DNA of 64,000 bases, from assembly GCA_046563655.1 (NCBI GenBank), contig CM102287.1, positions 930,001 to 994,000 of the forward strand, written 5' to 3'. The notes below the pieces were generated by a model. That model saw only the letters and a list, made by a program, of their open reading frames with translations, made no database searches and was not told where the DNA came from. Made by a program: the position numbers and the translations under genes. Every line of letters starts with the position of its first letter. Positions within the stretch are counted from its first letter, which is position 1. This document shows, in pieces, positions 45,052-59,436 of the stretch. This stretch comes from Yuukianura sp. NJ FZ-2021 (Eukaryota).

Positions 45052-45753
45052 TAGTGATGGGACGAGTACGAAGTACTACTTCACTACTTCGTACGAGTAA
45101 TGACGAGTACAAGTGCTCGTCATTACTTGTACTTCGCAACTCCGGTACTTCGTACTCGTGAAGGATTCAACGAGTACGTAGTAAAGTACTTGTAAGGCGA
45201 AATTGAATTTATTTTTTCAATTTTTCTTCAAATATCTTGAATTTTTATACAAAAAAAAAAATTAAGGTTTCTCCACGAATAGGCAGAAATTGATTTTTCT
45301 TAGTAAATTGTCGCTTTCTCTGTGAACAACCTCGCGCTGGTGCGAAATCAACACGGATTTTTCAGCAGCGACGCTGAGTGTAAATCGTCCATCTACATTT
45401 AACTGATATGATTAACTGCACCGAAACGTTAGATAACGTACTTAGGTCTAATGGTTCCGACACCGACGTAGACCTTACCGAGATACCCGGGTAATTACCT
45501 GAAAAACCAAATTTCCGGTTGTCAGCTTCTTTTTTTTTTCAAAAAATTAACAAAAGATTGTCACATTTATATGTGAAATAGGCTAGGCTGTCGCTTATGT
45601 TTTCAATTCTACACTATAGTGGCAAGTGAATGGTGAGTAGGCTGGGATTTGTACTCGCGAGTACTCGGACGAGTACTACGTACTCGGGAGTAGAGAGTAC
45701 GACAATACTCGTCAGTATTTGTACTTCGTAACTCTGTACTCGTCCCATCACTA
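45052..45753. mobile_element. hAT-like MITE
   Basis: TAGTGATGGGACGAGTAC TIRs; 8-bp TSD TAGAACGA; GTAC-rich subterminal repeats. Confidence 0.88.
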
Positions 45754-46644
45754 TAGAACGATGCACCGTGACAGCCCTAATGGTAGTGTGTCTGGGTTTG
45801 AAATAAAGAGGAATACCTCTTGCTACATAATACGATAACCTTTGACCCCGTTCTTCCACCCACACAGCAACACGAGCATTCAAATTCCTAAATCTGTCAA
45901 CTGTTCAGAATAAAATTTCAATTTCTTAAATTATTCACCGCAAATACTTTGCCGAAGAGGTACTTACTGTTGTGCTTGTGAGTTATGACTTCAGTTGAGC
46001 TTCACTATGGAAACAACCCCACAGGTCAACAGGTTGTCGGGTTTCGGGAATGGACAAGGCAGGAGAGTGGCTGGCAGGACAGGCTAAGCGAATCCCGTTC
46101 CAATCCGAGTCTCTTCATCACTCAGCGACTCAGCTCTCAGCTGATTTGGTGATTGTGAGAGACCCGTGATTTGTGAGAGACTTGTACACAGCTGAAGCTG
46201 ACGGGTTGAGGCGTTGAGGGGAGGGCAAGGTGGCAGGAAGATGTCATATTTTTAATGGCTCAGTTTGATTTGTGTTGCAGTTGACGGAGCATGATGATCT
46301 GACCTCTGCCTCTCATCCCAAGTCATCAACCACAATCTCTGTATCTTTCCTGGCAAATGACTCTGTGCCCTTCAAGTGTCTTCTTATCCCGTTCCATCCT
46401 CACTGCATGGGAATGGGAACTCATCTCAAGATGAGATCTCGGAGACCCACATGCTCGCGGAGGCTCGAATAATGATTCACAATTGCTTCCCATTATTATT
46501 CTTTTGATTCCCAATCCCAACCAGATCAAGATCCCCACAGATTTAATGTTAGTTCCTTCAAGTGACTTTGGAAGATCAGATCCGTCGCTCTCGTCAGTCC
46601 ATCATCAAACCTCCCACCGGTAACAACGTCGACCACCTTACGAC

Positions 46645-48260
46645 AGGAAGCGGTTGGAGATCACTTTCGCAGTCTGTTTTTCTTAGTCGTTTTTTTCACA
46701 TGGACATGCTCCATGATAACCGTCAAAATGACCTATACAAAAGTTGTTCCTCTTGAAAAGATAAGCAACTTTTATTGGGACCATTTTTTCTGTGACCTTT
46801 CCTTGAGGTCAAGGTCAAAGGGGGCGTTCTCTGACAACCGACAAAATGGTTCCTACAAAAGTTGTTCCTCTGGTCAAAAGCTGCAACTTTCATTTAGACC
46901 ATTTTTTTCTGTGACCTTTTCTTCGGGTCAAAGGTCAAGGTCAACTAAGAATGTCCTGACAATCAAAAAAATGACCTCTACAAAAGTTGTTCAGCTCAAT
47001 GAGTAGATAATTTTTTATCTTATGATCTATGACCCTGTGACGACTCCTTGAGGCTATAAGTTAGGTTTTTTAAAACCCCGAATCCGGGAGACGCACCTTC
47101 AACATGAGATAACACCTCAGGGAGAGATGACAGGGTCATAGATCATAGGACAAAAAATTATCTACTCATTGAGCTGAACAACTTTTGTAGAGGTCATTTT
47201 TTTGATTGTCAGGACATTCTTAGTTGACCTTGACCTTTGACCCGAAGAAAAGGTCACAGAAAAAAATGGTCTAAATGAAAGTTGCAGCTTTTGACCAGAG
47301 GAACAACTTTTGTAGGAACCATTTTGTCGGTTGTCAGAGAACGCCCCTTTTGACCTTGACCTGAGACCTTAACGAAAGGTCACACGAAAAAATGGTACCA
47401 GAAAAAGTTGCTTATTTTTTCAAGAGGAACAACTTTTGTATAGGTCATTTTGGCGGTTATCATGGAGCATGTCCATGTGAAAAAAACGACTAAGAAAAAC
47501 AGACTGCGAAAGTGATCTCCAAGTCCAACCCAGGAAGATAACGTAAAAGTTAGCGGCACCACAGCATTCATCGTTTCTGGGGTAGTTCAAATTTTTTCTA
47601 AGTTTTTTGGTGAAAATTTTCGAGAAATTTTTTTTCGTTTTTTTCACTTTTTATCACTTTTCAAACGTTTTTGGAACGTTTGGAGCAAAAAAAATTTTTT
47701 GACCCCAAGGGTCCCCCCTTCCCATTTTTTTGAGAATCGGGACTCGAAAATTTTCCAAGTCCAGAAACTGAAGTGGGCACCCCTGACAACCTCAAAAATG
47801 ACCCCTATGAAACTTGTTCAGAATCATCAGGAGAGTATTTTTTGTCCTATGGACTATGACCCTACGACCACTCCTTCAGGTCAGAGGTCAACGCAAACTT
47901 TTCCCCAATTTTTTTTTCCGTTGACCTCTGACCTGAAGGAGTGGTCGTAGGGTCATAGTCCATAGGACAAAAAATACTCTCCTGATGATTCTGAACAAGT
48001 TTCATAGGGGTCATTTTTGAGGTTGTCAGGGGTGCCCACTTCAGTTTCTGGACTTTGAAAATTTTCGAGTCCCGATTCTCAAAAAAATGGGAAGGGGGGA
48101 CCCTTGGGGTCAAAAAATTTTTTTTGCTCCAAACGTTCCAAAAACGTTTGAAAAGTGATAAAAAGTGAAAAAAACGAAAAAAAAATTTTTCGAAAATTTT
48201 CACCAAAAAACTTAGAAAAAATTTGAACTACCCCAGAAACGATAATCTAACCGCATTCCT
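46645..48260. mobile_element. Double-hairpin foldback element
   Basis: Two long palindromes (46653-47522 and 47570-48243) that share motifs; short outer inverted ends AGGAA(T)GCGGTT; no TSD found. Confidence 0.7.
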
Positions 48261-48872
48261 TAGGATTCTGGAGACTATATAGTGAAGTACTGCGTCGGCT
48301 GGTTGCGACATCAGTCATTGGAATTTCGTAGCATTTGGTTCCCTGATTCCGGGAATCGGATAGATTCGTGGGGTGTCGGATTGAGATAAGGGAGTTCAAG
48401 GAACAAGGAAAGAACAAAAGTCCCAAGATCTGCCGTGGAAGGCGGATATTGATTTCCGTGGTTCTGGGAAACAACGTCGTAAAGAGTCGGTGGAAGTGGT
48501 GGAACTTGGAGAGCATTGACAGAAAGCGACTCATCCTCATAAGCAACAGGAAATAAAGCACTCAAGTGCAACTGCAAGTGCAACAAAAAGCACGGAAGGG
48601 TGAGAAGTGGACTCATCTTACCCCGGTTGACGTAAGTGGATAATGGTGGCACTGTACCCACCAAAATCCGACTTATTAATTATTTGTAATGTGTATTATT
48701 GCTAAAAAATTTGATAGTACATCGAAATCTGAACTTCGTGAACACTGGTTGAATTTATTGACCCGGTTCCAAACTTTTCTTTTTCTAATAACAGAGATTG
48801 CCCGAACTCCATAAAGTAGTTTCTTGAGGGTTTCGTTCACTGAGTCAGTTAACGTTCAATAGGAGTTGAGGA

Positions 48873-49735
48873 AAAATTTTCCTTTAGTGGAGAAATTCAG
48901 ATAATTTTGAAAATTTTTGTGTAAACTCTCTATCGACCCCTGATACCAAAAAGCAAAAAAAATTTTCCCGGAAATCAAAATTTCCCAAAAAAAAATTTTT
49001 TTTGAAATTTTTTTTTCGAATTTTTTTTTGTCTCAGAATTTGATGAAAATCAGTTTTTAGACTAATTCATGTATGGAGAACACGAATCTGCAATCAGATT
49101 TGCGCTATCTCATCAAACAACAAAGTTATGATTTTTTGAAATTTTTTAAAATGTCCTAACGCGGACTTTGCGGACTTAAGACAATAGACCGAGACCCTAC
49201 AGACTAATCAAATCACTATTGCGTGCTTTACCAAACCTCATGCTAGGCTACTCGAACTTAATCAGGATTGCCTAACCTAACCTAACCTAACCTATGTTCG
49301 TATAGCCAGACTTAAACAATGAAACCTACAGTCGTAATTAGTATTGCTAACTGTGTCACTATAGCCAAAGTGACACCCTACACCAAAAAAAAGAAGAAGC
49401 AAACAAAAGAAAGCTGAGTTCCGGGAAGGTCGCCCGGTCTAGCGCCACAACGCCCAAGTTTTTAAAGTTTTAAAAATCATAACTTTTTTGTTTGACGAGA
49501 CAGCGCAAATCTGATTGCAGATTCGTGTTCTCCATACATGAATTAGTCTAGAAACTGATTTTCATCAAATTCTGAGACAAAAAAAATTTCGAAAAAAAAA
49601 ATTTCAAAAAAATTTTTTTTGGGGAAATTTTGATTTCCGGGAAAATTTTTTTTGCTTTTTGGTATCAGGGGTCGATAGAGAGTTTACACAAAAATTTTCA
49701 AAATTATCCGAATTTTTCCACTAAAGGAAAATTTT
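48873..49735. mobile_element. Foldback MITE with ~275-bp arms
   Basis: 48873-49150 is the reverse complement of ~49465-49735; (CCTAA)4 in the spacer; exact ends uncertain. Confidence 0.78.
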
Positions 49736-50124
49736 ACCGGAATGGATTATAAGCTTATAAACATAAACCTCATAATCATGTATTAAAAGTAAGTTTACTA
49801 ATCCGTTTACTTGTTTCTAACGGCGTTCTCTCGGGAACTTGTGTTTTCCTGAACATAACACGTTTTGACTCCCGTTGCGTTGATAAGAACAGCATTACAT
49901 AGAAGATTGAGACGTTTCGAGGGTATGAGAGTAACCTGATGGCATGATCGTTAAAAATTATCCTCCGATGAGTACATTTGTTATGGTTGACATTACGGCA
50001 ACTTGAAATTGGAACAAGAAGAGGACTTTGATTTAGTTTCTGTCATTTCAGTTCCTGCTGATCGTGTTTCGCAGGAGGAGGGGAGTGAACCTTGGATCAA
50101 GTGAGATCGAATAACAACCAAGTT

Positions 50125-52183
50125 ATGACTGAGCTACTAAATGGGAAGAGCAAGGGGAAGGTCAACGGTTCGTGTTGCGCAGAGAACGGGAACAATGGTG
50201 CGTCGTCAGTCGGTGGGATGGGGTGGGAAAGCGGCGTTTGGGCCGTGGGGCTTCTCAACTCCGCTTCCAACTACATGACCGCTGAAACTTTCGGGTTCAA
50301 GGCCAATGCCAACGGAGTGTCCCTACGGAAGAAGCAGACATGGCTGTTGGAGGGGGCAGAGCACGGTGAGGCCGTAACGCTCAAGTCACACTTGGGTAGG
50401 TACTTGGCAGTGGACTCTTTTGGCAACGTCACTTGCGAAGGAGAGGAGAGAGACGCAGGCTCTTTCTTCGAAATTCAACTCATCCAAAGTGAGTTGACCT
50501 CTTCTCAATCCCGTAAAACTACTCTAAATCTTATTTTTAATTGGACTTGTTTTGACAGGTGGATGGGCACTCAAGAACGTTTCCCGTGGCTACTACTTGG
50601 GCTCATGCTCTGACAAGTTGACTTGCACTGCCAAGACTCCTACTTCAACCGAAATCTGGTCCGTTCATCTCTGCGCTCGACCACAAGTGAACTTGAGAAG
50701 CGTCGGACGCAAACGATTCGCTCGTCTATCGGAGGATGGGGATGAAGTGATTGTGGATTCCAACGTGGCGTGGGGCTCTGACACCCTGTTTACTCTTCAG
50801 TTCAGACAAGGACGATATGCACTCCAAACTCCAAACAACAAATTTCTCACCAAGGATGGGACCCTTGTGGTAAAAGTTCCAACAGTTATGCATGCAGTTG
50901 ATAAATTCCACGGATATCAAAATCCAATTCGAATTTCCTACATTAAACTAGTTTTGTTCTAACTGTTTAGGACGCAGTTGACACCGCATGCTTCTTCTGG
51001 GTTGAGTTCCATCGTGGACAATTGGCTTTACGCGACAGTGCTGGACTTTACTTGGCACCCATTGGATCCAAAGCTGTGCTAAAAACGCGGTCCAGTACAA
51101 TCACAAAGGATGAACTATTCTATCTGCAGGATTCGTTTCCACAAGCGGGATTCGTCGCTGCACTCAATTCCAGATTCCTCTCAGTCAAGCAAGGTAAGTT
51201 CACTACCGGCTTTCTTTGGTTTATCTACTGCGTATTAAGCTAAATTCAGTGATTTTTGAATTGTAAGGTGTTGACCTCACTGCAAACCAAGAGGAGATAT
51301 CTGACGACGAAGTGTTTCAATTGGAATTTGAGCCCTCTGTTCGGCAATGGTACTTGCGTACAATGAAGGACAAGTACTGGACACTCGAGACGCAGGGTGG
51401 CATTCAAGCTTCGTCGCAAACCAAGTAAAAGCATGAATGTTTTCACTTGCCTCTTTCCACCGTTATTTATTTGTTTCCGAAATCTAAAGTTTGCGTTTTT
51501 GCAGGAATTCCTCTGGTCTTTTCGATTTGAAATGGAGTGAAGATGGATCACTGGGATTCCGAGCCCAGAATGGAAAGTTTCTGGGAGTGAAGAGGTCAGG
51601 TCATCTGTACGCCAATTGTGACCAAGGAGACGAGCATGCTAAATTCTTCTTCCATCTTGTTAACAGGTCCCATCTCAGCCGAATACCAAATTCATGTTTC
51701 GTCATGCTATAAAAATTTTATGCACCAATGCTTGTCAGCCAATTTTTATTGTATGTTGTTCTTATTAGGCCTCGTCTCGTCCTACGGTGTGAACAGGGAT
51801 ATCTTGGCTTCAAATCTCCGTCGTATCCGCGTCTGGAGTGTAACAAAGCTTCTTACGAAACTATCTTGGTGGTGAGAGGCGAGAAAGGCAGAGTCACTTT
51901 TAAAAGTGAGTCAACTTAGATATAATTCTGCATGTACAAGTGGGATGGGAATTAATGTATTTTATTTGCAGTGGGCGGAATGTACTGCGTGCTTCGTGGG
52001 GAAGGAGAAGAGGTGGTTGCCGAAGGCGATGCTGCAGCGGCTAACAAGTTTCTGTTTGAGCTCCGAGAGCCCAATCGACTCGCAATTCGAACGGAGGGTG
52101 GGCGCTATCTCAACGCACTGAAGAACGGACAAGTAGGCCTGGGTGGCTCGGATCCCGCGGAAGCGACGCAGTGGGAGTTTTAA
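50125..52183 (+). CDS. sn: Fascin (singed), 7 coding exons: 50125-50488, 50559-50869, 50971-51193, 51268-51424, 51505-51666, 51769-51905, 51972-52183
   Basis: [43 protein letters not shown]-terminal TQWEF; GT-AG introns at the listed boundaries. Confidence 0.93.
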
Positions 52184-52781
52184 GTAGAACGTTAAACTCA
52201 ACTAAACAAGGTTCCCGTTGGGAAGTGACTAAGATCTGCGGTGCTCCCTGAGTGGAAACCAAAGGAATTACGAATCTCCTCTCACGCAATCCACTTATAC
52301 TGGCTCCTCCTCCATCACTCTCTCCATGTAAAATTTTCCAGAATTAGTCGAACAGTACTTCGACTTGGACAACATACACTTTACTTAAATTATTCACCAA
52401 ATTGTTGTAGCTTTATGTCAATTCACACCTTTTGCAACAATTGTAAAATTCGTCTTAGAAATTAGCAGTTTAGTACTTGGTGTGTAGTGTCAAAATTTGA
52501 GCAAGTACTTATTAGACGGTTAGGCTTTTTCACTTTTGCAATTTTCTACTGATTTCATAAATACTGCAATGCAAGGACTTGTAATCATGTCAAGTAAAAC
52601 CATGTCCTGTGACCTTTTCTGTGTATTTTGGTGGCGGGAAAGTTAAAAAAAAGTGTTTCAGGTTTACAAATGGAGCTTTACAAATATCCACTGACTGTTA
52701 CTTTATTATTGGTGGCAACAAATGATGGCGGAAACTTTTGAAAAGTTTCAAAAATCGCAGGGGTGAGAAAAAGTCAAGATT

Positions 52782-54042
52782 TTATGCGGCCTCTCCATCT
52801 TCTTCTCCCTCCTCCGCTGAAGCGGTGAGCATCGCAATCAGTTTCCCGGTGTCAATTCGTCCTGCGTTGTCAATGCTCATTTGCTCATAGGCGTCATCAA
52901 TCTCACTTTGGGAAAACTTTTCACCGAATGTCATCAACGCATGCTTCAGTCTAAAAATGAGCCAATCACAGTTATTCCCACACAAATCCAGCGATTGGCC
53001 AAGATTCGGTTCTTGGATTTTATGATTTTTGAGCTTTAAAATGATCCTGCTTACTTGTCTCCGTCGATTTTGCCGCCTTGGTCGAATGATTTGAAGGCAG
53101 CTACGACCACTTCGTCATCGTCAGCACTTCCGGACATGCGGTTGGCGAAAAGCGTAAGGAGCATGGTGAAGTTGAGTGGTCCATTGGCCTCTCCCAGCAT
53201 CTCGTCCAGCTCCTTCTCATTGGCCACTTTGCCCATGGCGTCGAAGGTTGCTCGCAGGTCACTCTTACCGATGATTCCATCCTTGTCTGCGTCCATCATC
53301 TGGAAAGCCTGTAAATTACAAAACAAGAGCAACAACCTCATCTTTGCTCCAATTGGCTGTTCAGAAGTTAGGTTGACATTTACCTCCTTGAACTCTGAGA
53401 GTTGGCGCTGGGAAAAGAGGGAGAAGACGTTGCTGCCCGTGCGCTTGGCCTTCTTGGACTCTCGTGTGCTGGAGCGTTTGGGAGCCTCTTCTGCGGCAGG
53501 CGCAGGCGCAGCGGCAGGAGCCTCAGCCTCATCTTCCTTCTTCTTCTTCGTCTTCTTCACCTTCTTGTCATCGGCCTGCAAGTGATCACAAGTTACACAA
53601 CATTAGTCGGGCCACAAACTAAAAATAGAAACTTTGTGAACAAGGATTCCACGAAGAATAAGGATGGAAATTCACCAAAGAAAAACTTTTTGGGACACAA
53701 TTTTGGCACTTTCCCAAAAAAGCCAACTGAACTACTAATACGAAATCACAAGAATTTCTGGATTTCCTCAAATTCAATTCGGAAGTTACGATGAGTTGGC
53801 CAGATAAAGAAAGTGAAACGCCGATGAAGAAATTAAAAGTTTTAGAAACGTTTGGAACTGTAACGTTTTTGAAACGTCTGGAACTGGAACGTTTTTGAAA
53901 CGTTTTGAGTGGGTGGCTTGGGATTCTTTGCTTGCGTAACAAAACCAATAAAGCTACTCTGACTCAAAACAATTCGTTAATTTAATTGCACACTCTGTTA
54001 ATTAATTATAACTAAATTGAAGTTATAAGATGGACTCACCAT
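52782..54042 (-). CDS. Mlc2: Myosin regulatory light chain 2, exons 54042-54040, 53575-53384, 53308-53055, 52950-52782
   Basis: Ala/Pro/Lys-rich N-terminal extension, KRTGSNVFS, EFKEAF..MDADKDGIIGKSDL EF-hand, GPLNFT.LLTLF. Confidence 0.93.
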
Positions 54043-54839
54043 GTCTGCCTGTGTCCTGGAGTGAGGGATACGAAGGAAGCAGAAGTTGAATGCTGAGACG
54101 TCGCTGTACAAGTGATCTCGGAGGACTGGTCAGATCTTGTGGAAGCGACTTGTGAAGCGATCTGTGTCTCCTTCGTTTTTGGCTTGGGTGAAGCGCAGAC
54201 TTCGTCCCAGTCCAAAATTAAACTCGAGCTCCTTCTCTCCTTTCACAAGCGGCAGTCAAACACTCCTAATTTGGACTAGAACAGAGAAATGGCTTCGAGA
54301 ACAGCATCATGTCATGCATATAACTTCCTTCCGCTCACATGAAAAAGAAAATACAAACCATTTTCAAAAGTAACATAACTAAACTAGTTAAGTAGATTGG
54401 TCAGATCTCAGACAAAAGTCAAGCTAACGGACTGCAATTGACCTCCAGTCGTTACTTTCCGTTTCCAATTCCTTAATTCCCAAAGTTTTTGCGAACTATC
54501 CCAAATTATATACAAAATTATATGAATTATACTACAAAAAAAAAGAAATTCTAGCGTCCTTGCCATGATAAATATGATTTGAAAAAAAATTTGGATAAAA
54601 AGATCACGAATTGCTGCTTCTATTTCCTATAAGTATCTGACTGACATCCCGAATCGTCGCACGCTTAGTGGATCCTGAATATATGGTAGTTATGTTTTAT
54701 TGTTATTAATTATAATATATTATACATATGTATTGAAATTAATTGGAAAATATTGAGAACTACAAATAAGTCAAATAAATAGTCCATTAGAGGTCTAACA
54801 TCTACTAGCGTCAGAGTCAAAATCCATTACGTTCTAACG

Positions 54840-57800
54840 TTACTCAAATGCAAAGTTCTTCGTCTTCCTAGTTCTGGTTCCCCTTCTGAGTGAGGTTGGT
54901 TTCCTTGGTACCCTTCTGATTCTGGACGGGACGAAGGGAGGTGATGGGGAAAAGCCTGTCACAAATCTGGATCGTGGTCGAAGTGGGACAAGTAATTTGC
55001 TCCTCGCTTCCAGCATCCCTTCTATGCTCATTCCACTTAAGTCACCAACCATGTTCGTGTCCTGCGTTGACCCTGCGTCCTTCAGTGCTGTGTGCGATGG
55101 TGCTGGCTCCTTCACTTTCTTTGCTGGCGGCGAACTTCCATTTCCACTTTCCGTCTCCTTCTGTGGTCGTACAAGAGTCTGCTCCGGTTCGTCCTGTGCT
55201 GTGCTCAGTCCATGCAAGTCACCAACGATGTTCGTGTCTTGCGTTGACCCTGCATCCTTCAGTACTATGTGCGATAGGGATCTGGCCTTTGTCTTCTTAG
55301 CAGTCGGTGAACTTCCTTTTGCACTTTCAGTCTTCCTCTTCTTGGCAGGCGGAGAACTTCCATTTCCACTTTCCGTCTCCTTCTGTGGTCGCACTATAGT
55401 CTGCTCCGGTTCGTCCTGCGCTGTGCTTAGTTCATGTAAGTCACCAACGATGTTCTCGTCCTGCGTTGACCCTGCGTCCTTCAGTGCTTGGTGCGATGAC
55501 GCTGGCTCTTTCGTCTTCTTAGCAGTCGAACTTCTCTTTGTACTTTGCGTCTTCTTAGCAGGTCGCGATCTTCCCTCTGCACTTTCCGTCTTCTTAGCAG
55601 GCGGTAAACATTCTTTTGCAATTTCCGTCTTCTTAGCAAGTGGCGAACTTCCTTTAGCACTTTCCGTCTTCTTCTGTGGTCGTACAAGAGTCTGCTCCGG
55701 TTCGTCATGCGCTGTGCTCAGTGCACCTAAGTCACCGCTGACACTCGTGTCACGCCTTGATCCTGCATCCTTCAGTGCTGGGTGCGATGACGCTGGCTTC
55801 TTCGTCTTCTTAGCAGTCGAACTTCTCTCTGCACTTTGCGTCTTCTTAGCAGGTCGCGATCTTCCCGTTGCACTTTCCGTCTTCTTAGCAAGCGGTGAAC
55901 ATCCTTTTGCAATTTCCGTCTTCTTAGCAAGCAGCGAACTTCCCTTTGCACTTTCCTTCTTCTTCTGTGGTCGCACCAGAGTGTGCTCAGGTTCGTCATG
56001 TGCTGCCATCAGAGGATCATCAGGGATGTCAATGTCATCATCATCAGTCTCCATTGATACGTCCACCAGTTCCCGAATCATTCCACAAATCTCGTTCAAT
56101 TTAGAATCCAGACGCCGTTTCCTTTCGCGAGACGCAACCGGTATGACGACTTTCACTGTTATATAAGGAGGAATTTTCTTACGTGGAGGCTCATCCGTCA
56201 CTCCACTCTTGTTAGCTGGTGTTCGTTTTCCTTTCGTCGGTGGTTTACTTTGTGGCCGACTTGTATGCAAAGCGGGAGGAGTAGAAGCCATTTTTCGTTT
56301 TCCTTTGCCAATCTTAGGTGGAACGCGAATTGAGCTCAACTCATTGGAAGTTACTGAAGCGATTTCAACTTGCACTTCATAGTCACTCGAATTGGACTTT
56401 GAAAGAGGTAGTTCCCATGTCTCCGATTCAGAAACAAGATCCACCAGCTCAATGTCCGACTCTACTTCGTCTTCATCCTCCTTTTCAGGGTCTTGCTTCT
56501 CCGTATTCACGGTGACCTGTGAAGGCGTCTTGTCTTTCCCGCCGTCGTCTTCATCCAATTGCAAAAGATCCTGGAAGTCACTTGCTTTTAAAACCTCCTT
56601 GACGTTACATGCTTTCGAAACTTCATTGAAGTCATTAGATTCCAAAACCTCTTTTGGTGGCTCATCCTGAGAAGTCGCATCTGAATCTGCTAATGGTGAA
56701 ACTTCTAATTGAGATGGCGGACTTATTGGTGGTTCTGGACAGTTTAAATTTTCTGCAGTGACTATGACTTTGACATCTGATGCTTTCTTTGTACTTGGGA
56801 GACCCGTTTCTCTTGGTAGCGGTGGAACAATTTGAATCAGTGGAGGCATTGTGGCTGGTGGAGCAGTCGATTCAGAATGTGACGGCGCAATTTGAATCAG
56901 AGGAGGCATTGTTGCAGTAGGAGCTGGTTCATGTGGTGGATTAATTTGAATGAGTGAAGGCATTGTGATTAATGAAGCGTCCAGTTCAGATGGTGGAAGC
57001 ACAGTTTCAATCAGCGGAGGCATTGCCGTTGCAGGAGGAGCCACTTCAGAAGCTAGTGTAATCGGAATGATGAGATCTTCTTGCGTCAACTTCAACTCTT
57101 GCTTTATTATCATTTGATCCGCCTCTCCCTCCTCCATGGCCTCAACTGACTCTCCGTCATCCCAAACTAATTGCTGTTCTTCGTATTGAGCTTCTTCCCA
57201 AGCCAAGGTTTCTGAATCGTGAAACTGAATTTGAAAAACATCCACTCCCGTCTCCATGTTGAATTGTCCCACATTTTCGGCTCCATCAGTCTCTTGCATG
57301 TGAACAGCCTCTCCATTCTGGAATTTTAACTGAATAGCTTCAGCGACTCTGAAGGGGTCGCTCAGATCATCTACTTCCACAAGTTGCGCCTGCTGGATGA
57401 GTCCATCCTCTGAGTAGCTGACTTCTGTCCCGGCTTCTGTTTTCTTTGCGTTTAGAATGATGATGAACTTGTTACTGCCGAGATGTTGCACTACGGCTTC
57501 CTGCTGTTGTTCATCCTCCGCAGTAGTAGGATGCTGTGTGTGTACTTCTGGTTTAATCGGCCTTTCTGGAGCTGAAGCCGACTCTTCCTCAACGTTCACT
57601 TCGTCTGTGCTCAAGTGAGTCTGCTGCCGCTGAGTCCACATGTCAGATGCTATTGGTATTGGCGTAGTAGCCTTCGTACAGCCTTGGAAGTTGTGCTCAC
57701 TTGGTCGGGAAGCATGATCAACTTCATGAAGCTATAAGCAAATAAATCAAAAATAAATCGATGGATAGAACCGTTGTAAATACAAAATGATTATGATGGT

Positions 57801-58456
57801 GACTTACGACTCGCGCTTGTTCACTAGGAAATGAACGTTTGCACCACTTGCAGTGGAATTGAGGAACTAATTGATGGACCGTTTTCATGTGATCGTATAA
57901 TGCCATGTCGAAATTGGAATTTTCAAAGGAAGCAGTACAGATCTTGCATGTTGTCGGACCAAATCTGCAAAGGCCATTAAAAAGAATTAGACAAACATTC
58001 GCTTAATTTCACTATTTGCTTCAGTTTGTCTCTACTGATTCGGTTCCACTTGACTTACCGTAGGTTTGGCTTTGACGGTTCGTGGAAATACTTGATGTGG
58101 CGATACAAAGCGGCTGCATTCGACTTGGGACTGAACATTACCCCGCACACAGAGCAAAGTCCAGTTCGGACCTCTTCTGGCGTCAGTTTGAACCGTTTAG
58201 CTTCGCTGACTGCAGTGTCCTTCTGCATAGGCTGAGCAGTGTCAGTTCCAAGGTTAAAAGTGCACACATTGTTCGATTCGGGTTGAGAAGGAGCTTGAGT
58301 GGCACTACGCCTTGCTTTCGTAGAAAAGTTGGGGCCCTTCTTCATGTGCCGTGTTTGCCCGGTTTCATGTGACCGACGATGGGTCCCCCGTTGATCGATC
58401 TCACCAGGGTCGGCATAAAATCCCCCCGCAACACCCATGTCAACGTCCATTTCCAC
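54840..58456 (-). CDS. C2H2 zinc-finger protein with a long low-complexity, repetitive C-terminus (start codon uncertain)
   Basis: CSVC..HIKYFH, CKIC..HMKTVH, CKWC..HEVDH across spliced exons (58456-58059, 57964-57808, 57731-54840). Confidence 0.75.
55040..56000 (-). repeat. Coding tandem repeats (DEPEQTLVRPQKxTES x4 with AKKTES subunits)
   Basis: Repeats visible at both DNA and protein level. Confidence 0.85.
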
Positions 58457-59436
58457 TGTGTTTATGTTTACACCGATACCTCAGTCCTTTGTCCGCCCTA
58501 GACACGTTCGTTAGCTTCCTCGCCAATCTCTGTTGTAGCAACCAATTATTCTTCACTAATCAACATAATTCATTTTCTTAGCTCCCAAAGTCGTGATATT
58601 AAAATCGTTGAATCGAAAGTCAAACTAAGCAACCCAATTTTCTCTCACAAACACACTACATAAAAGAACAACTTATTTGGATGCACTTTGCACTGATCTA
58701 ATCAACTTGATGCAACAAAAGAAAAGACGGATTATTAGAGAGGTTTTACTTTTGCATTTTGGAATTGCCTAATTGCACTATACATGTAATTATGACTGCA
58801 AATTCCGATTCCCGGAAAACAGCTGATCTTCGCCTAACGAGTATAATCATCACATATATTAATTTATATTGTATTATATTAGACTTACTACCGTACTTTT
58901 TATAATTATTTTTTATAATGGTTTCTCGACGTCGATTTTATTGGAAACGATTTCCACTTCATCGGCTACAACTTTACATTTGTAATTCAGATTAGCATAA
59001 GCTAAAGTTTAATTTAACCATAACGAAACTGCCTAAAAGGTTAATTTAACAAATACACTGTCGAACCCACATTATTTGCATTACTGAATTCGTGAGTAGA
59101 GTTTCGGCTTCGAGTGTTATTTTAGTTAGAGTTGCTTATGATATGGCATTTCCTCCTCCATTTGTCATGCAGCAACATAAGTAATTTGCAATTTGCAATT
59201 GGACATTCATTGGAGATCTCAAAAGTGAGAATTCAAACTTGAAAGTGAAACGCAGCTTTTGGCGGGATGCGTGAAGCTCTTCTGTGAGCCTGATTGATTA
59301 ACAACAGGAAATATGGGAGTCCCACCCCACTCTCCCATTATCATATCATCTTATTTTCATCAAATGACTGAATGATAACAAACTGCTGAATGCTGACGCT
59401 GATTGAATGCTGGTAGTTTTGGCTTTCTTGGCATGA

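Larger units (their letters stand above)
44245..45779. mobile_element. hAT-like MITE hosting two nested MITEs
   Basis: TAGGG..TGTCACGATGCA / TGCACCGTGACAGCCCTA ends; 8-bp TSD ATGGTAGT. Confidence 0.8.

Noticed and set aside
48247..48664. Short overlapping ORFs upstream of fascin
   Set aside because: No motif support; may be UTR or intronic sequence.
54997..56166. 389-aa hydrophobic ORF on +
   Set aside because: Antisense shadow of the repetitive exon of the zinc-finger gene.
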